From: a virus
Taxonomy: Duplodnaviria > Caudoviricetes
Strand: one strand, 5' to 3'
IMG/VR virus record: IMGVR_UViG_3300037045_000362
Coordinates: 1 to 26,713 of that record
Length of the DNA: 26,713 bases
Shown in pieces: positions 1 to 7,800 of the stretch (position 1 is its first letter; each line of letters begins with the position of its first letter). The translations under genes were made by a program, and so were the position numbers. The notes under the pieces were generated by a model. The model was not told the DNA's origin. It made no database searches and was given only the letters and a program-made list of their open reading frames with translations.

Positions 1-459
1 ATGACTTTTGTAAATGAGTATTTACCAAAATACGACCATACGTTTTTTACACATGGGACAATTCATGACTTAGAACAGTTTCTTTCAAATGGGACAGAAG
101 AAGAGAAAAGAGAGAAAATGCTATCTCTGACATATGGACTTAAAAGTATTTTAGACCATTACACAGTTTGTGACTGTGGAAATGTTGAAAACTACACATT
201 CATATTCGGAACTTTCATTAATGAATTTAAGCTTTTAGAACAATACTTTCTTAGAAACAAAAGTCAAGAAATTGAACCAAAAGACATAAAAAACCATTTG
301 ACACTATTTCCAATAAGAATTTTAGAAAAACTTAAGACAAACAATAATAAGTGGACAACAACCTTCAGAATGAAATACAATATTTATGCAACTACTGATT
401 ACAACGAACTTGAAAATAGAAACACGAACCGCCATTCGAGAGGACTGCCCTGCCGGTAA
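1..459 (+). CDS. Hypothetical protein (cassette A cargo; may begin upstream of the window)
   Basis: 152-aa ORF, no recognised motif. The last codons (SRGLPCR*) read into the 436-483 repeat; the natural end may have been codon 433-435. Confidence 0.7.
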   Translation: MTFVNEYLPKYDHTFFTHGTIHDLEQFLSNGTEEEKREKMLSLTYGLKSILDHYTVCDCGNVENYTFIFGTFINEFKLLEQYFLRNKSQEIEPKDIKNHLTLFPIRILEKLKTNNNKWTTTFRMKYNIYATTDYNELENRNTNRHSRGLPCR

Positions 460-483
460 TTAACCGACAGTGAGAGCACCTCA
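436..483. repeat. R-flank hairpin repeat, copy 1
   Basis: TCGAGAGGACTGCCCTGCCGGTAATTAACCGACAGTGAGAGCACCTCA aligns ungapped to 8689-8736 (39/48 by hand count) and to 2689-2733. Internal stem CTGCCGGT...ACCGACAG. Confidence 0.9.
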
Positions 484-530
484 AAGAAATAAGCGAGCTA
501 CCACCGGAACTGACACCTACATAGAGAATG
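481..530 (-). pseudogene. Relic of a muF 3' end (frameshifted)
   Basis: Minus strand reads HSLCRC-[frameshift]-VPVVARLFL*, versus HPQCRCHAVPVIENLLM* of muF. The TGA occupies the same position relative to the hairpin repeat as the real muF stop. Confidence 0.75.
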
Positions 531-648
531 TCTGGTGATTAACTAATTTAGTTTCTACTTTTAAAACACAATAAAAGCTTGTATTTTAAACTAATCGATT
601 CTTATCAAAAATTCATATAACATAAAACAACTACTAACTTCAATCATC

Positions 649-942
649 ATGTTAAAAGAAACCTTTACAATTAATTACAAAGGATCAGGAATAAAAACAA
701 CCAGACTAACTGCAGATATTTTATTCTTTTTATGTATTCTTTCTGCAATTGGATTTATTATGGCAACTGCAGGTACTGAAGACCCTCTTTTCTTATTGTA
801 TGCTGCATTATCGCTCGTTGCTGGGTTTATTTTTTTTGGCAGCTTAAGAGCTCTTGCAACTATTGCTGAGAACTCATTAATCCAAAGAACCAAAGTACTC
901 ATTGAATTGAAAAATAATTTTTATATAGAAGAGAAGAAGTAA
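649..942 (+). CDS. Small membrane protein (about 2 TM helices)
   Basis: 97 aa with two hydrophobic stretches (ILFFLCILSAIGFIMA; LFLLYAALSLVAGFIFFG). Confidence 0.75.
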   Translation: MLKETFTINYKGSGIKTTRLTADILFFLCILSAIGFIMATAGTEDPLFLLYAALSLVAGFIFFGSLRALATIAENSLIQRTKVLIELKNNFYIEEKK

Positions 943-1021
943 TAAAAGATTGTATCTTAAAGTCGAACAATTCCATAAAGAAAATTTAGGAATACAATTC
1001 AAGGTAAGAATATGAATGACT

Positions 1022-1138
1022 TTACAATGAGTGTTCTTCTAATGTTACCACCGGCACCCCATGACACCTGCACTGAGGAAACCAGCCAATGAACAGGAAA
1101 GTCTTTTGGTATTTACCCTTCTTTGATTTACGGAATGG
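1022..1138 (-). pseudogene. Relic of a muF 3' end from a diverged allele
   Basis: Minus strand reads PFRKSKKGKYQKTFLFIGWFPQCRCHGVPVVTLEEHSL*. 21 of 26 residues match muF SKKGKYPKSFRFIGWHPQCRCHAVPV (1049-1126 vs 8755-8832). No start codon; in-frame TGA just upstream. Confidence 0.92.
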
Positions 1139-1237
1139 TCAATCTGGTGATTCAAAGTTACTGATTGGAAAGTCTAACTTATTTGAGATTAAATGTTATA
1201 TGAATGAATGATTATCATAAATGTAAAAACCCAAATC

Positions 1238-1858
1238 ATGAAATTTTCAAAAAAGCTGTATTTCATATTACTTGCCACATTACTATTTAGTGCATGTAAT
1301 TCCAAAACAAAAGTTGACACATCCAAGTCCGAGAGTGAAAAGGCCGCAGATGATCGTATGGATAGGATGATGACATTATACAATAATCAAAATTATGCAG
1401 CATTCATCGAAATGGCGGAAAAGGAGTTAGAATTGTCTGATAGAATGGATGGGTTTTTAGTACCACTTGCTGATGCTTACGGTCAGATAGGCAATTTTGA
1501 AAGCGCATTCTATGTAATACGAATTCAACTAAAAAGGGATTCAACGGATTACAATGCTTTGCTTGTAGTCGGTAATATGCATAATGTACAAGAAAGGTTA
1601 GACTCGGCAGAAATTTACTACAAGAGAGTTATTGAATTGAATCCGGCATATGCAAGAGCATATCTAAACCTTGCTATGGTGTATGAAAAGCAGGATAAAA
1701 AGCAGGAAGCGATTAGCAATTACTTAGAAGCAGTAACTTTATTCGATTTACACAACTTCAAAGATGAAGTCGTAAAATTTTCAAATAAGGTATTGGAACT
1801 GGATTCAACAAATCAAAAAGCAAAGTATTATTTGGAGAAAGTGAAAAGTATAAAATAA
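1238..1858 (+). CDS. TPR-repeat lipoprotein
   Basis: MKFSKK, hydrophobic core and lipobox FSAC; TPR-like repeats (YYKRVIELNPAYARAYLNLAMVY). Start moved from 1208 to the ATG at 1238 to fit the signal peptide. Confidence 0.85.
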   Translation: MKFSKKLYFILLATLLFSACNSKTKVDTSKSESEKAADDRMDRMMTLYNNQNYAAFIEMAEKELELSDRMDGFLVPLADAYGQIGNFESAFYVIRIQLKRDSTDYNALLVVGNMHNVQERLDSAEIYYKRVIELNPAYARAYLNLAMVYEKQDKKQEAISNYLEAVTLFDLHNFKDEVVKFSNKVLELDSTNQKAKYYLEKVKSIK

Positions 1859-1950
1859 AATTATTCTCTTAACAAATGGCTCACTTTGCCGGAATATTCA
1901 TGCATATCTTAAATATTTTATTTTTTACAATTAATTGAATGCTAAACGGT

Positions 1951-2034
1951 TAGAAATGAGTATTGAATTGATAAATTGAAATATAAATAATGCTTACTGA
2001 AGATACAGAAAAAGGAGTTGTAGATATAAACGTG
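1951..2034 (+). repeat. L-flank repeat (attI-like), copy 1
   Basis: 84 bp homologous to 4642-4725. Ends GAGTTGTAGATATAAACGTG, whose last G starts GTTATGC, an integron core-like heptamer (GTT intact; one mismatch to GTTRRRY). Confidence 0.8.
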
Positions 2035-2688
2035 TTATGCACAACCAAAAGACAACAGACACCAATAAAATCAAATAATATGAGCACAAGACAAGTTTAC
2101 ATCGACAGCGAAATTCATCAAGCAGTTGACATCGTTTTTAATAAGACACTTGTATTTTCAAGTACTGATTTAAAAAATTACATAAGTACAGGCACAATAC
2201 AAATTGACTATAATAAGACGGACAATAAAAAGTTTCTGCCGTTTTATGACTGCCTTTATTACCCAACTGTTACAACAGCAAAATGTGCAGACAATTTTGA
2301 CAACAACGACTGGCAAAAGTTGGAGCAAGAAATAGAGAAGGCGTTTCCAAATCAAGTGCAGACATACCATTTCTATATAGTTAGACGTTTGACAAATGAA
2401 CTTGCCTATTTTTTAAAAGTTATGTTGCAGGGTCACTTTAGTCCAATGGAAATAGACGCAACTTTTGGAGTAGAGTATTTTATTAAGCAATATGAGTTTA
2501 TCTCACAAAACATTGCAGACACTAATTTAGAAAATGAGTACGAAGAGTTTTGGTGTAAAATATTGAACGGTCTATTGACCGAACAATCAGTTAGGGTCAA
2601 ACGCTTTTTTGACGCAGAATATAGACCTATTGGACAATACGCAGTGGACACTATTGACTACTTAAAAGGACAAATTGGCTGTGCATAA
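2035..2688 (+). mobile_element. Integron-like gene cassette B lacking attC
   Basis: Starts TTATGCACAACCAA (2035-2048) and ends TTGGCTGTGCATAA (2675-2688), a 13/14 inverted repeat. The ORF stop codon lies in the inverse core, and homology to the L and R repeats stops exactly at these ends. Confidence 0.75.
2080..2688 (+). CDS. Hypothetical protein (cassette B cargo)
   Basis: The track ORF starts at 1990 inside the L repeat; the ATG at 2080 (MSTRQVYIDS) is the first start inside the cassette. No recognised family. Confidence 0.8.
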   Translation: MSTRQVYIDSEIHQAVDIVFNKTLVFSSTDLKNYISTGTIQIDYNKTDNKKFLPFYDCLYYPTVTTAKCADNFDNNDWQKLEQEIEKAFPNQVQTYHFYIVRRLTNELAYFLKVMLQGHFSPMEIDATFGVEYFIKQYEFISQNIADTNLENEYEEFWCKILNGLLTEQSVRVKRFFDAEYRPIGQYAVDTIDYLKGQIGCA

Positions 2689-2733
2689 TCGAGTGGACTG
2701 CCCTGCCGACAAACAATCGAATGGGAGGGCTAC
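2689..2733. repeat. R-flank hairpin repeat, copy 2
   Basis: TCGAGTGGACTGCCCTGCCGACAAACAATCGAATGGGAGGGC; 5' half nearly identical to copies 1 and 3, 3' half more decayed. Confidence 0.85.
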
Positions 2734-2792
2734 AATAGTTATTACAGCACATTTAATCCATGAGTAATTAAATTTAGATAACAAATCCAACA

Positions 2793-3629
2793 ATGAACTT
2801 AAGCAATCAATCACCTTGCACTTTATACCACTATACATCGCTTGATTCACTGGTACGTATCATGGAACCATTAGATGGCAAAATATGTCTACGTGCAACA
2901 CACTCTTTGTTTTTAAATGACCCAAATGAATACATATATGCAACCAACCTATTACTTGAATCAATGCGAATTTACGAGGCAAATAATAATCTATTGGAAC
3001 AAAAAAGTACTAGATTTAATTCAGACTTTATGATAAAATTACCTCAAGTTTCAGGCATGCCTTTCTTAGTTTCATTTTCAGAACATGGTGATGATTTGAA
3101 TATGTGGAGAAATTATGGTTCAAATGGTACTGGTGTGGCAATTGGCTTTGATTTGAAGAAAATTAATGAGTATTCTTGTAATCCAGCCAACACTAATACT
3201 AAACTATATAAATGTGATTATTCTAAAGAAAAAGCTCTCACAAAATTAGTGGATGAATTTTGGGCTGAAAATTACAATAATATTGATTTTAATTCTAATT
3301 CGATAGGTATCAATGATTTTAAACTTTTATTTTATCTGTTTGAGGGCTCATTTTTACTTAAACGTCAAGAATATCAGACAGAAATGGAATGGCGATTATG
3401 CAAAAATGAACTGAACAATTCAAACATAAAATTTAGAACCACTAAACAAATAATTGTGCCATTTATTGAACATTATTTCACAAAGGATTTTATTACAGAA
3501 ATCAAAATCGGCCCATGTGTTAACCATGAGTTAATTGAACATTCAATTAAAATAATGCTCAAGTCATATCAATACAATGAAGAAAAAATTTTAATTGATG
3601 TTTCACCATTAAGTTATAGAAATTTTTAA
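2793..3629 (+). CDS. DUF2971 domain protein
   Basis: Motifs LYHYTS, FLNDPNE, SFSE..DDLNMWRNYG..G.GVAIGF, K...YQTEMEWR and EIKIGP. Confidence 0.85.
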   Translation: MNLSNQSPCTLYHYTSLDSLVRIMEPLDGKICLRATHSLFLNDPNEYIYATNLLLESMRIYEANNNLLEQKSTRFNSDFMIKLPQVSGMPFLVSFSEHGDDLNMWRNYGSNGTGVAIGFDLKKINEYSCNPANTNTKLYKCDYSKEKALTKLVDEFWAENYNNIDFNSNSIGINDFKLLFYLFEGSFLLKRQEYQTEMEWRLCKNELNNSNIKFRTTKQIIVPFIEHYFTKDFITEIKIGPCVNHELIEHSIKIMLKSYQYNEEKILIDVSPLSYRNF

Positions 3630-3642
3630 AACCAAATTAAGC

Positions 3643-4527
3643 ATGAGTTTAGAAGAAGTATTTAACCCAATTCATACATTAGAGGCAATTAAAAAATATC
3701 GAAAATTAGATTTAGTAAAAACTCCATACGAAACAGTTTATAATGCGCTTGAAGAAATAATTTTTAGTTTCAACTTGATTTGTATCAATTTAGGTAAATA
3801 TCCGGTATTTAGAGTAAGGAAACATGAAAACCCTAGTTTAGTTTACACTCGAAAATCTGATTTATTAGCACCACCAGAAGAATGTGTTCACAAGATGGGC
3901 AGACTCAATAAAGTACACGAATCTATTTTTTATGCCGCATTTGACCCTGTTACAGCAATAAAAGAATCCAGAATCAAACCCGGAGATTTTTTTTCATTAT
4001 CTATATTTTGGATGAATGCAAATGAAAATGGTGAGCTCTCATCAATTAACACTTGCTTGCCAAATACCCCCTTAGGATTAGGTGTTAATGAGAATATTAC
4101 AACTTTGATAATTTCAGATTTCATGTACTCAGAATTCACAAGACATGTTAGCGAAGATACCAACTATCAATACAAAACAACGTGTGCTATTGGCGAACTT
4201 TTATTCCGTCATGAGAAAAAGGATAGTATTATATATCCATCAATGATTGATTATAATTGTAGAAATATAGCCTTTAGAAAAACCGCAATCGATAAAAGGT
4301 TATCTTTATCTGAAATTCTTGTCTGCCAATTAGAAGATTATAATGAAGAAGGAAATCCTGTCATTTACAATTCACAAAAAGGCAAAGTTAATTCAAACCG
4401 TGAAATCAACTACACTGAAACTCCATTATTTCAAAGAAATTTGACGTTAAAGAAAGAAACGTTCTTCAAACCTTACCATAAATATCAAGAGCTTATTGAT
4501 GTACTCACTAAAGTAGATGAAATTTGA
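3643..4527 (+). CDS. RES domain protein (putative NAD+-degrading effector)
   Basis: VFRVR, GRLN...SIFYAA....TAIKE, DSIIYPS and NIAF carry the R/E/S signature of the RES family. Confidence 0.85.
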   Translation: MSLEEVFNPIHTLEAIKKYRKLDLVKTPYETVYNALEEIIFSFNLICINLGKYPVFRVRKHENPSLVYTRKSDLLAPPEECVHKMGRLNKVHESIFYAAFDPVTAIKESRIKPGDFFSLSIFWMNANENGELSSINTCLPNTPLGLGVNENITTLIISDFMYSEFTRHVSEDTNYQYKTTCAIGELLFRHEKKDSIIYPSMIDYNCRNIAFRKTAIDKRLSLSEILVCQLEDYNEEGNPVIYNSQKGKVNSNREINYTETPLFQRNLTLKKETFFKPYHKYQELIDVLTKVDEI

Positions 4528-4593
4528 AAAATCTAATTAAAAAAAGTCAAAACACATATTGCTGAAAATGAAATATAATAACTCTGTGAGTTT

Positions 4594-4626
4594 TTTGGAT
4601 TTTATAAATGTATTTTTGTAGATTTG
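4594..4626 (+). promoter_or_regulatory. Bacteroidota housekeeping-type promoter upstream of the L repeat and cassette C
   Basis: TTTG (4594-4597), 21-bp spacer, TAGATTTG (4619-4626); fits the -33 TTTG / -7 TAnnTTTG consensus. Confidence 0.65.
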
Positions 4627-4641
4627 CGCCATAATGAACTA

Positions 4642-4725
4642 TAGAAATGATAATTGAAAAGGTAAAGCTGAAATATAAACAATTAGTATTTTGATGTAGG
4701 AAAAAGAGTTGTAGATATAAGCGTG
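4642..4725 (+). repeat. L-flank repeat (attI-like), copy 2
   Basis: TAGAAATGA...TGAAATATAAA...GAGTTGTAGATATAAGCGTG; the last 20 bp match copy 1 at 19/20. Confidence 0.8.
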
Positions 4726-4889
4726 CTTAGTTTAATGCTGAGAAAAAACCATGCACAAATTGAAAAACCTGAAAATTTACACCAACGCACTTTTGGCAAG
4801 TTTCCAAGACCAAAACCACTTGCTGATGCTTCAGCTTGCAAATGAGCCAAATTTTAGTCGACACACAGAGAATGAAGAAAATTAATTAT

Positions 4890-7800
4890 ATGGAACCACT
4901 TTCATCGTTTGCAATAAGTATAGCTGCTGGAATTGTACTAGACTATTACAAATTCACGCAGAGCACAGTAAAAAATGAATTAAAAAGTGCTTTTAAAAAA
5001 GCATTGAAGCTGTGGACTAAAAATGGTGATATTAGAGAGCGAAATATAAGTAGCCTTGAAAGAAAGTTTTCTGAACTATTCGCTTCCCCTGAAGACCTTG
5101 CTGACATCCAAACAACAGACCCAGATTTAGAAAGCTTTATAAAGAAATATGATGAAGCTTTATCGGGATATCATAGTGCTTACAACTACTTAAAGGAAAT
5201 CAAAGATTTAGAGCGTTTTAAAAGGGAAATAGGACTACTAGAAAGCATCCGAGACAGTTTAGATGAACTAAATGAAAAAGTTGACTATTTAAATGAAAAA
5301 TTACAAAATGTAAACTTAGGTATTGATAAAGAATGGATACGACAATTAGAAGTGTATAAAACAAATATCCAGAATTTTAAACCTAAGACAGCTCTAGGAT
5401 TAATTACAGCATTAGAAGATAGTTTTGGATTAAATGATTACAAACCAGGGAATGCAATAAACGCGACTATTGAATTTCTAAAAGGTCAATGTTATGAATT
5501 TATTGGAAACACAGATGCCATGCATAAGTGTTACATCAAAGCTTATAAATTTGATAACTCATCATTCACCTATAAAGAAAAAGCAAGTTTTGCTTATGTT
5601 ATAACGAAGAAAGTTGATGATGCTATCGACTTGGCTAAAGAGCTATTGCAATTTGATGATTTTAACGTTATTGCATGGGTTGTAACAACTTTAACATCAG
5701 AAGAAAAAGATTTGGTTAAGCTTTTATCTGTAGTGCCCGATTTAGTGAGAAAAGATTATAATTTCAAAAGAATAATATTTGTTACTACACGTTTTGACAA
5801 GCAATTTACTAATGTTTCAGAGGCTTTGGAAAAATACAATATCTTACCAGCACTCCCTGTTGATGACATTGAACCTCTTTCTTTTAATAACTTCAAAAAT
5901 AGAGTCTTTTTAATTGAAGCAATCTTCATTAAAGTTTTGAATGTTACTTTCTTTGATTTTAATACTTCATATACAGGAGATAAAAAAGTTGTATTAAAAT
6001 TTAAACCAATTCTTGAAGACTTTCTTAAGCAATTGGAAAACTCAGAAATAAAGGATAGGTTTAGTACGATTGATTTTTTAAATTCATACTTCGAATTTGT
6101 CTTAAATGAAAATGAAGACTCAGTTATTAAAATGAAGACTATTCTTGAAAATTCAAAATTTGAGAATGATTTTCATGTAATGTTCCTCACTAACTGCCTT
6201 CAATTAATTGGAAAAGAAAAAGATGCAATTGAAATAATCAATAAAAAGGAGAAGTCTAAAGAAATTAGATTACTTGAAGCACATTGTTATCTAAAACTAG
6301 GTAATATTGATAAATATGTTAACTTAACAAATGAATTACTTGCAACCATAGATTTCGTCGATATAAATACTTGCCATACACTTTTAAGTATTCAACATAT
6401 GCTTTTAATGCATAATCGTTTGAGTGATTTATTAACTGACGAGTTTATTAAAGATAAATCATTTGAACATTCTTATTTAGAGGTTCTTCTTAAGTCGTTT
6501 TCGTGCTTACCAAATGATTTAGATAAAGATTTAATAATAAGAAATGTTAAAGAAATAGAGGAAGAAGTATTAAAATCTGATACAGGTTTGATTTTTTATA
6601 TTTCTCTTATCTACTATAAGCTTTCTGAGTTTCATTTAGCAATTGAGAGTTTTAAGAAATATGTGAACGTAGATAGTCCATCAAAAGAATTATATTACTA
6701 TATATTATCTCTTGAAAAATCACAAACTAATCACAAGCATTTGTTGTTTCTCCTGGAAAAGTGGAGGAAACAATTCCCATTTCATGAAGAACTTCTTAGA
6801 ATAGAAGCTGATTTGAGGAGACAATTATCCGATTGGAAGTCATGTTCGGAAATATCACTGTACTACCTTACTCAATATCCTACCGATGAAAGCTTTTTAA
6901 CTTTAGAGTTAATTGCAATTAATGAACTTGAACAACCTAACAAAATAGAAAGAATCCAAGAAATATCTAGTTTTTTTAGAGATTTTGATTTTCAACACTA
7001 TGTTTATGCTCAAAATGTTGCTAAGATTCTTTTTCAAAATGGTTATCATGAAATATCATTAGAAATTCAATATAGAAAAGCAATTCATTCGAATAATATT
7101 GAAGCAAGAATGGATTACTTTTTTTTAGTATTGCAAATGCCAGCTGGAATTATAAAGGAAAGAGAAGAAGTTGAATTAGGTGATTATGTTTCATATTCAA
7201 TAAATGAAGAAACAAAATTTTTAGAAATATCTAGAGGTAATGATTTAGCCGAAAAATTGATTGGTCATAAAAAAGGTGATACTGTATCAATAGAAAGACC
7301 TTATACTAGACAAATTGATAATATCAATGTTAAGCGAATAATGGATAAGTATTTGTATCTGCATGATTTAATAATAGAGGAGGTACAATCAAATCCTTAT
7401 TCTGGCTTTCCAATACAATCCATCAAATTTGAAGATACAACTCCTGAAGGAATGAATAAGACCTTTGTGTCATTGTTTGGTGCTGATGGTACGTTCAGGA
7501 AAGAGGAATGTGAAAATTCATTCAAAAGATATTATGAGTATAAATTATCTTTTACGGAAATTGTAATTCAAAATTTGAATTCTGATTATATAGGAGGTTA
7601 TTTCCATTTAGTAAACTTTAGAGATGGAGTCACATTGGTGCCCATGCCAATGTACACTGATGTTAGTTTAACTGAAAAAACAGAATTAGTTCTTGATTAT
7701 AGTGCTTTACTAATCATCTTTCAAATATCACGCGAACAAAAAATAGAATATAAAAGCAAATTTATTATACCTAAAGGTATGGTTGATTTCATCAGATTTT

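Noticed and set aside
436-483. R repeat as a canonical attC site or rho-independent terminator
   Set aside because: It begins after AA|T rather than AAC, copies 1 and 3 do not end in GTTRRRY, and there is no U-tract on either strand.
1049-1126. Diversity-generating retroelement template/variable repeat pair with the muF 3' end
   Set aside because: Differences are not adenine-specific (many synonymous third-position changes) and no reverse transcriptase is in the window.
1990-2079. N-terminal extension of the cassette B ORF
   Set aside because: It translates the L repeat and cassette leader; the ATG at 2080 is more plausible.
2738-4582. DUF2971-RES block as another cassette bounded by GTTATTA ... 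TAATAAC
   Set aside because: Only a 7-bp AT-rich match, with no L repeat before it and no R repeat or attC fold after it. It may be chance, but is worth rechecking with homologues.
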